IMG/VR virus record: IMGVR_UViG_3300044946_000175
Location: 1 to 64,000 of that record
Reading direction: 5' to 3' (one strand)
Source of the DNA: a virus
DNA: 64,000 bases
Position 1 is the stretch's first letter. Each line of letters opens with the position of its first letter. The notes beneath the pieces are model-generated. The model did no database searches, had not been told where the DNA came from, and was given only the letters and a program-made list of their open reading frames with translations. Shown here one piece after another: positions 10,891-20,306 of the stretch. A program made the translations under genes and the position numbers.

Positions 10891-13800
10891 ACCGATGACT
10901 CATTTTCTTGAAGGCGTTCAGGACGACCGTGGGCAGCGGTTTCCTGCGCCTCCACGCGACTATCGCGGTCGGTGGTTTTCCATGCCTCCTCGCGATCATT
11001 CCATCCATCGCCGCACTCGTTACAAGGAACCAAGTCAGCCGGATACTCCAGAACCGCCTCCCGATGTGCAGGACGATCAAGGCGCACCTCCTTCTGCCGT
11101 CGAACAGCCACAGCGAGAACCACCGCGCCAGGAAAGATTCGTTTATCCAGATGAGCAACAGGAAGTAGCGCAAGAACGAGATAATGAAGTTTGGGAAGCA
11201 CGAGACGCGCAGAGACGTGAGGCTCTGGCACAGCATTTACGCCAGCGTCAGTCTCCGTCACAGCAACTCCCGCACGAAACTGGATCGCGCCCAGAGTGGA
11301 TGGATGATCCAAATACGCAATTGGAAGTAAGGACGAGGCCAGAAGCCCCATTACGCCCACCAAGTCCGAGTGAAGTAGAGGAAGGTGTATCTCCAGTCAC
11401 AGGGAACGTAAACCGTCCTCTGTCACCATTAGAAGAACAAAGTCGATGGCTGGAAGAGGCAGAGCGAGAAGAACGGCAGCGGATGATGGGAGAACCGCAG
11501 ACTGATGAAGGCGCGTCTTTAGATCACGAAGAAGTAGCCAGAAGGCTCAAAGATGAACGAAATCAACGAACGGCTGAAGCGCAATCAAGTGAAGTACAAG
11601 ACGAGACCGATCAACCGATAGAAGAGCCTGCCGGTGAGGCGCAGACTGATGAAGGCGAAACAATAGAAGAGATCGAGGAGGAACCAGAAGAAGAAGAGGA
11701 AGAAGAGGAAGAAGAGGAAGAAGAGATACCAGAATGGGATGGTTCAATCGATGAAGATGACGTGAATGCTGACAGAAGTTACGATCATATCGATTCTTAC
11801 TCTGAGTGGGATACGGATGGGGATGATGCATACGAGAATCAGCACAACGTATACATACAAAATGGTGAATATACTCCACCAGGACATCGCGATTCTGTAA
11901 GTGTATACCGGACGGTGGTCAGCAGAGAAGGAGATAGCAATGACGAATCTTATGGCGAGTGGACGACGGGGCATGGTGAGGCAAGACGGGAGGCACGCCG
12001 CATTGCCAGTGAGAATCAACAGGACGCTCCCGAGCCTGAAGAAGATATGTTGAACAGGAGTGGCCGCTACCAAACAGAAGTTCAAAGACAGCTTGATAGC
12101 AATGCAACCCTTCAAGACGAACCTGTTGCGGAATTGGCCGATGTTTACGACAATCGTGTGGGTGTTTTCTTGGAAGAGACTAGCTTTGATTATGCGGGAA
12201 ATAGCTACACGGCGTATCGATGGAACATTAACGACGGAGCATCGGTTGGAGAGTGGCGACTGAGTGAGGAGTTGGCTCAAGAAGGCGGAGAAGAGGAGGC
12301 TGCGGAATACATGGAGCGGTTTACGCGGGAAGGTGCTACGGAACGTGGCGAAGATCCCGATGAAGCCGTAGCGCGTAGTGCGGGAGGGGCACAGCAACTT
12401 CAGGCCGAACGGCAGCGAATCAGGCAAGAAAGACAAGCTTTGGACCAGCAATGGCGAATGGCCGGTACGGCAACGGAGCGTGCCGCCATGCTGAACTCTC
12501 CGATGCTGACGGAAATGCTGGACCAGGAACTCGCTCAGAACCCTAATTCCAACAACATCGCTCGCGAAGATTCTGAAATAGTGGACGTCTACGGTAACGT
12601 CACCATTCCGACGACATCCAATGCCGAAGTATCGCTCGTTCCAAGAGGTTGGAGGGTTCACGCTCACCGCGCTATGGTGGATGGTCAGCCTGTGGGCGGT
12701 TGGTTGCTAAACAGCGCCGATGCCGCGAACGCGGCACTTGAAGCAACCGCTCAAGCTGCCGAACAAAAAACGCGAGCAGCCGCCGCACAAGCCGGAGACG
12801 ATCCCGATGAAGCCGTGGCACGCACGGCGCAAGTAAGAGAGGATCGATTCGAAGCCCGGCGACGAGTAGAGCAAGAACGTCAGAGACGTTTGCTTGAGGA
12901 AGCAGCAGAAAGAAATAGGCAGGAGGAGCAGAGGGAACGCGAAAAGAATCGAGATTTGTATGCGATGGGCGATGCTGTGAAAGCGATATTGCCTGGTGGT
13001 GAATTTAAGCATGGACAGTTCAGACATCCACTGCCGGGCGGAGGGAAAGTTATGCTGACTGCCTATCCAGAGGAGAAAGGATTTGATTTTGCTTATACCG
13101 GTCCGGGGGGTGGCTACAGCACGGAAAAGCGTCCTGAAGGCGAGGCAATGCAGGTTCAGGCAGTCCTTCGGCATCTGGTCACAGGTATCGCCAAAGCGGG
13201 TTATGGTATCGGATACACTCCTACCGACAAACGACGCGGACGGATCAACGCTCGAATACTCATGCAGTCTGGATTTGAACCATTCAGAATCAATCCCGAA
13301 CATCCGGTTTGGGGACCGGCGACCAGTCCGCCAGAAGTCGTAAAGGCAAAATATAAAGAGTTGGTTGAGGCGACTAATAAGGCAAGTATATCAGAGTCAT
13401 ACGCGCGCAACGGAAATCCAACTCTCTACGCTCCTCATTACTGGTATGGAAGCCGTTATGATGATGAGCCTCGACAGGAAAGACAAACTCCACGTTCGTC
13501 TTCTATACAAGACGACAATGGCGGGCCGATCTCTCGTCCGCAGGCTCCAGAACGTCCAGCCTGGGTGGATAGTCCGGGTATGGCAGGAAGGGGAGTTCCA
13601 ACACCGCGCCGCGATCCTGCACCGACCCCGCAACAGATTGCGCAGCAGAAGCGGGAACGATACGAGCCGCCGGACGAGAATGTGCAGGACGAGCACGCGA
13701 GACCGATGAACACGCCTCGTGCTGATGTGCAAACTGATGAAGGCGAATCATTAGATAACGGTTGGGATGGTTGGGAAGAAGAACAGCAGAATTTCCCCAT

Positions 13801-14401
13801 ACAACGAAATCAAACTATGCAGCGTCGTCAAGAAGTACAACATGGTGAGCAAAAGGCAAATCATATAATCAAGAGTGTGTTTCCCGATGCCCGACCAGGA
13901 AGCTACGCCGAACCGAACAGAAATACGGTAATCTTTCCTGACGGAAGAGAAGCTGACATCGATTACGATCCGAATGATAACATGATTGAGTTGAATTACA
14001 TTAATCCAGAAGGAGATACAGCTAGTCGTGAAGAAATGAGACAAGGAACGATGAGCATGCTTCGTACCTTTAAGCAATTAGCATCGCGAGCGCATGCCGC
14101 TGGATTGAATTTCGGCTACGGTCAGCCGTCCGATAAGCGACGTGCAATGATGAACGCTAAGGTTTTGTTTGGTCTCGGCTACCAACCGTCGCCTTCGTAC
14201 GCTCACGAGTACAGGTGGGAACCGGCGACTGATTTGGATGAAGCGAGAGAGCGGTATGAAGAACACTTGGATTTTATTCGCCACTCGACTCTGCCGGAGC
14301 GGTACTCTCGAACGATTCCGTCGGTGAGGTACAGTTCTGTTCGCTCGCTTCCTGCCGAATCGTCCCGCCGAACTCGATCTTCCATCCATTCGAAAGTATG
14401 A
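10874..14401 (+). CDS. Large acidic, internally repetitive putative virion/internal protein (1175 aa)
   Basis: Lies between portal and protease; poly-Glu tract, QTDEG repeats, duplicated ~100-aa domain. Confidence 0.7.
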   Translation: MPRLAKPMTHFLEGVQDDRGQRFPAPPRDYRGRWFSMPPRDHSIHRRTRYKEPSQPDTPEPPPDVQDDQGAPPSAVEQPQREPPRQERFVYPDEQQEVAQERDNEVWEARDAQRREALAQHLRQRQSPSQQLPHETGSRPEWMDDPNTQLEVRTRPEAPLRPPSPSEVEEGVSPVTGNVNRPLSPLEEQSRWLEEAEREERQRMMGEPQTDEGASLDHEEVARRLKDERNQRTAEAQSSEVQDETDQPIEEPAGEAQTDEGETIEEIEEEPEEEEEEEEEEEEEIPEWDGSIDEDDVNADRSYDHIDSYSEWDTDGDDAYENQHNVYIQNGEYTPPGHRDSVSVYRTVVSREGDSNDESYGEWTTGHGEARREARRIASENQQDAPEPEEDMLNRSGRYQTEVQRQLDSNATLQDEPVAELADVYDNRVGVFLEETSFDYAGNSYTAYRWNINDGASVGEWRLSEELAQEGGEEEAAEYMERFTREGATERGEDPDEAVARSAGGAQQLQAERQRIRQERQALDQQWRMAGTATERAAMLNSPMLTEMLDQELAQNPNSNNIAREDSEIVDVYGNVTIPTTSNAEVSLVPRGWRVHAHRAMVDGQPVGGWLLNSADAANAALEATAQAAEQKTRAAAAQAGDDPDEAVARTAQVREDRFEARRRVEQERQRRLLEEAAERNRQEEQREREKNRDLYAMGDAVKAILPGGEFKHGQFRHPLPGGGKVMLTAYPEEKGFDFAYTGPGGGYSTEKRPEGEAMQVQAVLRHLVTGIAKAGYGIGYTPTDKRRGRINARILMQSGFEPFRINPEHPVWGPATSPPEVVKAKYKELVEATNKASISESYARNGNPTLYAPHYWYGSRYDDEPRQERQTPRSSSIQDDNGGPISRPQAPERPAWVDSPGMAGRGVPTPRRDPAPTPQQIAQQKRERYEPPDENVQDEHARPMNTPRADVQTDEGESLDNGWDGWEEEQQNFPIQRNQTMQRRQEVQHGEQKANHIIKSVFPDARPGSYAEPNRNTVIFPDGREADIDYDPNDNMIELNYINPEGDTASREEMRQGTMSMLRTFKQLASRAHAAGLNFGYGQPSDKRRAMMNAKVLFGLGYQPSPSYAHEYRWEPATDLDEARERYEEHLDFIRHSTLPERYSRTIPSVRYSSVRSLPAESSRRTRSSIHSKV

Positions 14402-14633
14402 GTGCGGTAGCAGTCTTTTTGAACGACAGTGAAGCGACATCCAGGAACCGCCTCTTCATTAAACTCTGCATGGTATCGCGTTGCAAGAACTTAAAGAGTC
14501 CGGCGCCGCTCTTTCGTCCAGTGAATCCAATATACTCCCGCTTGCCTTCTGGACTGACTAGCCAGATGGTGTAGTAGCTGCCATACAGGTGTTGTCGTTT
14601 GGCAGCTTCGGCAAAGGTCATCGGTGTTGACAT
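14274..14633 (-). CDS. Hypothetical protein, leaderless, antisense to the head operon
   Basis: Own promoter TTGCCT-N16-TAGGAT ends 6 nt before the ATG. Confidence 0.7.
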   Translation of the reverse strand: MSTPMTFAEAAKRQHLYGSYYTIWLVSPEGKREYIGFTGRKSGAGLFKFLQRDTMQSLMKRRFLDVASLSFKKTATALILSNGWKIEFGGTIRQEASEQNCTSPTESFESTAPAESSGE

Positions 14634-14639
14634 GTTTCT

Positions 14640-14685
14640 ATCCTACTCTACGAATAAGAAAAGGCAAGTTTATTTTTCGTCTTTT
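14640..14685 (-). promoter_or_regulatory. Palindrome-associated promoter
   Basis: aaaaggcaa-N9-tcgtctttt at 14659-14685; -35 at 14662-14667, -10 at 14640-14645. Confidence 0.7.
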
Positions 14686-14933
14686 TGAATTGAATACCGA
14701 ATAGGATCAAAGAGATTCAAGAGCAGATTGGTCGCTTTTAAGGCACAACTCCAATCGTCTTCATTCCAAACCGTCCGTTTATTCTTATACATGGATCGGT
14801 TTCCGGCATCCTGACCGGCATCGTAGGCGAGTTTGAAAGTCAGTCCTGCTGTAGCCACCTCAATAGCTTCTTCTCTGGGGATTTTTAGCGGTCTGGTTTT
14901 GAGGATAGAAATAGCAGTCATGTATGTCATCAT
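14670..14933 (-). CDS. Hypothetical protein
   Basis: 'LAYDAGQDAGNRSM.K.KRTVWNEDDW' looks like a conserved small phage protein; AAGGA upstream of the start. Confidence 0.6.
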   Translation of the reverse strand: MMTYMTAISILKTRPLKIPREEAIEVATAGLTFKLAYDAGQDAGNRSMYKNKRTVWNEDDWSCALKATNLLLNLFDPIRYSIQKDEK

Positions 14934-15001
14934 GTTTTAATCCTTGTGTTTTCAGCAGCGCGGACTTTTTATAGTCCTGTTTTAAAGGGTGGTGTCGGTG
15001 G

Positions 15002-15229
15002 TCATGACGATTCTCCTAATTTAGACCACCGCTCGTAGAACTCGTTTTCATGAATGATGGGAATGAGATATTCGACAGCAACGGAGATGCTTCTGAACCT
15101 GCCGACGATTCGGTCATTAATGAAACCACGAACGCTTTTGGATATGAGAGTTGTTCCTTCGTATCGATAGCCAAAATCTTGCAATAGTTGATTTAGTCTA
15201 ACTTCGTAAGTGGTTGTGAAAGGTTTCAT
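15002..15229 (-). CDS. Hypothetical protein, leaderless
   Basis: TTGCCT-N16-TAAGAT then 6 nt to the ATG. Confidence 0.65.
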   Translation of the reverse strand: MKPFTTTYEVRLNQLLQDFGYRYEGTTLISKSVRGFINDRIVGRFRSISVAVEYLIPIIHENEFYERWSKLGESS

Positions 15230-15235
15230 GAATCC

Positions 15236-15281
15236 ATCTTACATCATCAAAACCAAAAGGCAAATCAAAATTCTGTCTTTT
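15236..15281 (-). promoter_or_regulatory. Palindrome-associated promoter
   Basis: aaaaggcaa-N9-ctgtctttt at 15255-15281; -10 at 15236-15241. Confidence 0.7.
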
Positions 15282-15388
15282 CCTACACGATAAAACCACC
15301 CATATAGTATCGCCTAACTCCGTGCCGTCCCGACCGAAATTTTCAGAAATTCTCATTGCTTTCACTCCTGTAGGGGCATAATCTGGCT

Positions 15389-15505
15389 CATGACAAGATG
15401 TAACAGTCTGGTCACCATGAGATTGATCCTCTCAATGGGAACCTGGAACCGAACGCAACGATGTTCCAGGTTTGATCTTTGCGTTTGATTCCAGGCTTTT
15501 TATTT
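15389..15505 (+). ncRNA. Candidate structured leader RNA with an H-type pseudoknot
   Basis: 10-bp stem aacctggaac/gttccaggtt (15440-15472) whose loop cgaacgcaa pairs with ttgcgtttg (15479-15487); two further hairpins upstream. Confidence 0.4.
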
Positions 15506-18002
15506 GTTTCTGGAATCGAACGTGCGGACGAAAATCAAATCATCGATCTATTCACAACGTCGCACACAGCGCCAGCCGACTCTCTACCGACGCAATGGCA
15601 GTACTACCAATTACACTGGTCCGGACGCCACGCTTGATTTTTTGCAAACTCTTAACGATCCTCGTCGTTGGATAAAGCGTCCTGGCGTTCCCATTTTCAA
15701 ATGCCATCGTCGAATTGATCCGACAACCGGCAAAGAAATCGTTGTCGATGAGGTGAAGCTCTACGAAATCGCCCGCAATCTTCAGCGGATGCAGAAGCAG
15801 GGCGTTCCGATCCGCATGACATTGGGGCATACAGAACCGACCAAAGCTGAACCGCACCAACCGCCACTGGCCGGATTTTATGTGAATGCTCGCGTGGCTC
15901 CATTCGGACCACAACAAGAACCGGCAATTGTGGCGGACGAGTTGCTCGATCCGACTCACGCTCAAATACGCAAAAACTTTCCTTATCGTTCGAGTGAATA
16001 CTACGACGATGATAAGAGCATTACAGGTGTCGCTCTTTTGGCCCGCGATCCTTACCTGGATCTGGGCGTCGTCAGTTACTCCAAGAGCGTGAAGCTGCCG
16101 CTTAATTATCAACGACGTGACGGATCGTTCCCGGTGGTTTATCGGTATTCGATGGGCGATGGGAGACGTCGCGCCTACAGACAAGTCCGTCGTCCCGCTC
16201 GCTATTCGAGGAGAGGAAACACAATGCCAGCGCCACGACAACGACCTCAACCACAGCCGATGCATTCGTGGTTGCCGCAGTACAACCAACCGCTGCCGCC
16301 AACATCGCAAACCGGTTTGCCCATCGGCACTCCTTACGGTTACAGACCGCAGCCAGGCACCATGTACTCCGCGCCGTGGCCGCGTGATGGCGGATCGACT
16401 TACAGTCCTGGACAGCGGATTCCGCACAGTCACCGCGATGCGCCCAACCCACAGACGTACGCGGATTATGCCGGACCTCGTGGTGGACCGACGGGCCGGA
16501 TGCCGATGGGTCCGCGATCTTCTGGCAGTGCGCGGATAGGACAGAGGCATGTGGCCGCTTCGATCAATCCTCACATTCAGTCTCACATGCCGCGACCGGC
16601 CACTCCGATGCCCGGAATGCGCGGCTCTCTGCACCAAGCTCCCCGTCCAACTCAAAGTTCCCGCCAACCGCGATACGCGCGATACGCGGATGAACTGGAC
16701 GAGGAGGAATTCGGTGCAGGCGAAGACGCTGGTTTTGAGGCTGGTGAAGAAGCCGGTTTCGCTGGCGGTGAGATGGCAGGTGAAGAGATGATGGGTGGTG
16801 GAATGCCAATGGGAGGTATGGGCGAAGATGCCGGTATCGAATCCGTCCTGCAAAACCTGGAAATGGCCATTGAGGGTCTACAGGAGGTTCTCGGTGGTGG
16901 AGAGGAGTTTCCAGAGGCCGGAGCCGAAGGATTAGGGCCACCAAACACGCCGTTTCCGGAAGAGGAAGTGGAAGAAGAGGAATTTCCCACTCCTGCATCG
17001 CGTTATCGGCAGAACGCGCAGCGTCCGGCCCGATACGCCGAACATCCGCGTTACGAATCTCACACACCCTCTCCTTATTCCCAACTGACCCACGCCCGTC
17101 AACGCGACGTTCGCACTGATCGTGGCCAGCATCGTTACCAGAACCCGGAGAATCCCATGCGATATGGCTCGCCATCACCATCGCGAGTGACGTATGATCG
17201 CCGACTCGCTCAGATGAATTACGAGCTACAGCAGAATAGCTACGCGCTGGAGCAACAGCGGCGCGTGAATGAACTGCTGCTCTACGAGCGAGATCAGGCC
17301 GACCTTGCCGCGTGTGAAGCAGAGATCAGCCGTCTCGCCGGGATGGGCTATCTGGTGGACGATTACGAAGTCGAAGAACTTCGCAGAAAGCCGTTCCACG
17401 AGCGGGGTCACTACATCGCCTACATCATGGATCGGATTCAGAAGATCGGCACAGAACAACTCCCACCAGTACTCGGTGACCCGACGCCTGGACCGACGCC
17501 GGACATGAGCTATCCGCTGACCAAGGAGGAGATGCAGGAAGTGCTGGCTATCACCGGCAACAATCGTGATCCTGCTCACTACAAGCGGGCCGTGGAGATG
17601 GTGCGATACCAGCGCGCCCAGGGCGGTCAAGGTCAGGCTCCGATTCCCCAGAACCGACTGCCGATGCAGTACCAGGCACCGGCACCGCAGTATCCGGCTG
17701 GTCCGGCCTATCGGCCTCCGGCTCCGGAATTCGATCCGTACGACTCGCGAGCTTACCAAGGACTGACGCATTCAGCCGAATACGAAAATCAGTTCGCTCC
17801 CGGTTACGGCGATGTGCCTCCCGAGCAGTACCAGCCGACCATGTACGGACAGGTTCCGGAACCTGATCCACGACAGCAAGGATTCGATGAGTACACGCCG
17901 CCTCCCGGCTCGCGTTTGAGCCGTAGTCCCTATCCAGAAGGTGGAATGGGCGGAATGGACCTGTCGGAATTCGGTCAGCCGAACGATAACTCGGGCTGGT
18001 AG
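15504..18002 (+). CDS. Prohead protease (Mu gpI-like) fused to a long low-complexity scaffold
   Basis: 'MTLGHT', 'AIVADELL', 'FPYRSSEYY', 'ITGVALLARDPYLDLG' His/Ser motifs; coiled-coil C-terminal half; upstream of MCP; start may be GTG 15522. Confidence 0.75.
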   Translation: MFLESNVRTKIKSSIYSQRRTQRQPTLYRRNGSTTNYTGPDATLDFLQTLNDPRRWIKRPGVPIFKCHRRIDPTTGKEIVVDEVKLYEIARNLQRMQKQGVPIRMTLGHTEPTKAEPHQPPLAGFYVNARVAPFGPQQEPAIVADELLDPTHAQIRKNFPYRSSEYYDDDKSITGVALLARDPYLDLGVVSYSKSVKLPLNYQRRDGSFPVVYRYSMGDGRRRAYRQVRRPARYSRRGNTMPAPRQRPQPQPMHSWLPQYNQPLPPTSQTGLPIGTPYGYRPQPGTMYSAPWPRDGGSTYSPGQRIPHSHRDAPNPQTYADYAGPRGGPTGRMPMGPRSSGSARIGQRHVAASINPHIQSHMPRPATPMPGMRGSLHQAPRPTQSSRQPRYARYADELDEEEFGAGEDAGFEAGEEAGFAGGEMAGEEMMGGGMPMGGMGEDAGIESVLQNLEMAIEGLQEVLGGGEEFPEAGAEGLGPPNTPFPEEEVEEEEFPTPASRYRQNAQRPARYAEHPRYESHTPSPYSQLTHARQRDVRTDRGQHRYQNPENPMRYGSPSPSRVTYDRRLAQMNYELQQNSYALEQQRRVNELLLYERDQADLAACEAEISRLAGMGYLVDDYEVEELRRKPFHERGHYIAYIMDRIQKIGTEQLPPVLGDPTPGPTPDMSYPLTKEEMQEVLAITGNNRDPAHYKRAVEMVRYQRAQGGQGQAPIPQNRLPMQYQAPAPQYPAGPAYRPPAPEFDPYDSRAYQGLTHSAEYENQFAPGYGDVPPEQYQPTMYGQVPEPDPRQQGFDEYTPPPGSRLSRSPYPEGGMGGMDLSEFGQPNDNSGW

Positions 18003-18119
18003 CATTCCAACTAAAGACAAAATTTGAAATTGCTTTTTAACTCGCGCGGAGAGTTTGACATGCTGCTCATATCGATCTTGTTGGTACTGTTGCTGGTAGC
18101 GGGTCTATTTCTTGGAATC

Positions 18120-18590
18120 ATGGACTCCGACTGGGATTTCAACTTCAGTCCGTCTGGTAATATCTATCCCTCTCGATTTGTCATGCTCGACAGCACGACG
18201 CAGGGGGGTTGTTTCATGGGTGGACTCAACGCCATGTGCGTTGGCGCTACTCCACAAGCAACGGAGTTTGCGCCAGGACAGCTTGGTAATACCCAACCAC
18301 CCTACGTCTATGCGGTGGGGACCGATCCAAACCTGCCTCCTGGATCGCAATCTCGCGTGGGGGTCTACGGACCCGGACGCAACTGTCTGGTGGACGTCGA
18401 TCCGGCCTTTGCCGGTCAGATCAAGCCGGGATCTTTGATCGTCTGCTCCAACTCAGGATTCGCTACACTCGCATCACCGTTTGGACCTTGGAATCAATGG
18501 ATTGCTGGAATCTCCAGAAGTTTTGCCAATGGCGGTCAGACGGTGAACGTGAAACTGGTGATCTTTCCTTGGTCTCCCACGGGTTCGTAA
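18120..18590 (+). CDS. Capsid decoration/cement protein
   Basis: 'GNIYPSRFVML..VGVYGPG..IKPGSLI.CSNSGFA..AGIS...ANGGQTVNV' pattern; between protease and MCP. Confidence 0.65.
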   Translation: MDSDWDFNFSPSGNIYPSRFVMLDSTTQGGCFMGGLNAMCVGATPQATEFAPGQLGNTQPPYVYAVGTDPNLPPGSQSRVGVYGPGRNCLVDVDPAFAGQIKPGSLIVCSNSGFATLASPFGPWNQWIAGISRSFANGGQTVNVKLVIFPWSPTGS

Positions 18591-18650
18591 TTCTTCCGCG
18601 AAGTGAAGACAAGTATACATTTAGTCTTTTCTTGTTGATGGAGTTTCGCC

Positions 18651-20189
18651 ATGCCTCCGACAATGATTCAGCCCGGTTTCAACGTCCAACACCGTCACGC
18701 TCGCGCCGTGCCGACGATGTATGCCGCGCCCGGTTCCATCGATCCTCGCAGCATTCCCCGTCCGCAGCTTCCGGCACCCAATCCGGCGCTTGGTGAGCGG
18801 ATGCGTCAACGCCGTTGGCAGGAGCGAGAGCGAGAGACGTACTACCAGCTTCGGCACGCGCCGATGCCGCACCAGTACACCCAAGACCGACCACATCTTG
18901 AATATGGCGGCGGTTCGGGCGACCCTCGTACTCAGTTTCTTCCGCAAGGTCCGCCCACGGGATTCCAGGCTCGTGGTCTGAATCAGTCGTACATCGACGC
19001 TGGCGGACGTGCGCCAACCGTATACTCCGATCCCCGTGCGCTCGTGGCTCGTGCGTCTCGTCCCACCTATGCCTACAATCGCGTTCTAGGTGTACAGAAA
19101 TCGCCGACCATGTACGCCGGTCTGGGAACGTGGCCCAATCAGTACTTTCCTGGTGGTTCCAATACGTACATCGCTTCCTACGAAGCGACTGGTCTGCTCC
19201 TCAAGTACACGCGAAACCCGACGTTCTTCCGCATCAACCGCTATCTCAAAGAGATGACGGTCAAGAACGACATGGGTTACTATCTGACGCTCGATGGTGA
19301 CTCTCCTTACCGCGTGCTTTCCATCAATGACTATCTCTGGGAAGATGGCGTGGACGCTCCCGGTGGCCGTCAAGAACGGCAGGGATTCGCATTCCAGCCA
19401 TACCGCACCACTCGGTACACTTTCCCGTTTTCTTTGGGCAGGAAGGGCGTGCAGCAGGCGGTATGGGCAATCGTGGCTGAACATGCCGCGATGCAGGCTG
19501 CGAAGGCCATGACGGTACGGACGTTGATCATGGTGAATTTGATCAATGCTGCCGCAAACTGGACCGGTCCCGGTTTCACGAACACATCCGCTGCTTCCGG
19601 CGCATGGTCCACGCAGGGAGGGGCTTCGGTTAATCCGATTCCTTACCTGCAAAACGACATCAACACGGCATTAATCGGTGTTGAGCAAGCAACTGGTGGC
19701 ATCGTCACGGATGAGGAAGCACTGACCTTTACCATGAATCCGCAGGAAGGTCGAAAGGTATCGGCTGCCGACGAGTACCGTGGATACATCAAGGGTTCTC
19801 CTGACGCTCTCGCTGCCATTACCGATCAGAGAAATCCGAACCGCAAGTACGGACTGGCTCCGTTCATCTACGGCTTGCGACTGGTGATCGAGAATGCAAT
19901 CGTGGTGACGACACCCAAGTCCGCCAATGTCGCTTCGCCAGCCGCGCAGTCGAGGTCGTACATCTGGCCGCAGGCGATTGCCATGATCGCTTCCAGGCCG
20001 CAGGGGATCGTTGCACCAGAAGAACAAACGTTGGACTTTTCGACAATTTGTGCCCGCTTCTATGAAAATCAGACCGTAGAAACCAAGTCCGATCCAGATC
20101 AACGCCGGGAAATGGGTCGTGTTGTGGAGGACTATTGCCTGTCGCTTTCGGCCCCGCAGACCGGGTGGCTTTTCACCGGAGCTAGCTGA
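18651..20189 (+). CDS. Major capsid protein (HK97-fold by inference) with a ~160-aa Pro/Arg/Tyr-rich propeptide
   Basis: Synteny after protease and decoration gene; 'LTFTMNP', 'GLAPFIYGLRLVIE', 'RVVEDY....APQTGWLF'; ~350-aa core. Confidence 0.8.
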   Translation: MPPTMIQPGFNVQHRHARAVPTMYAAPGSIDPRSIPRPQLPAPNPALGERMRQRRWQERERETYYQLRHAPMPHQYTQDRPHLEYGGGSGDPRTQFLPQGPPTGFQARGLNQSYIDAGGRAPTVYSDPRALVARASRPTYAYNRVLGVQKSPTMYAGLGTWPNQYFPGGSNTYIASYEATGLLLKYTRNPTFFRINRYLKEMTVKNDMGYYLTLDGDSPYRVLSINDYLWEDGVDAPGGRQERQGFAFQPYRTTRYTFPFSLGRKGVQQAVWAIVAEHAAMQAAKAMTVRTLIMVNLINAAANWTGPGFTNTSAASGAWSTQGGASVNPIPYLQNDINTALIGVEQATGGIVTDEEALTFTMNPQEGRKVSAADEYRGYIKGSPDALAAITDQRNPNRKYGLAPFIYGLRLVIENAIVVTTPKSANVASPAAQSRSYIWPQAIAMIASRPQGIVAPEEQTLDFSTICARFYENQTVETKSDPDQRREMGRVVEDYCLSLSAPQTGWLFTGAS

Positions 20190-20306
20190 ACAAAGAGAAG
20201 AATTCAAATTGCTTGACTCTTGTCTAGCTTTTGGTAAAAATAACAAGCCATGTCCTCGTAAGACATGGCTTGTTTCACATACCAACTCTATACTGGAGAG
20301 TCAGTC

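Noticed and set aside
11675-11725. GAA/GAG-rich tract as a regulatory microsatellite
   Set aside because: It encodes a poly-Glu run with mixed codons inside the 1175-aa ORF.
15552-16853. 433-aa minus-strand ORF, and similar long antisense ORFs (e.g. 11744-12667)
   Set aside because: Shadows of GC-rich, low-complexity + strand genes, with no motifs or initiation signals.
18024-18119. Hydrophobic N-terminal extension on the decoration protein suggesting a membrane anchor
   Set aside because: It begins inside the palindromic site at 18012-18038. ATG 18120 gives a typical decoration protein, so the extension is probably upstream regulatory DNA (not fully excluded).
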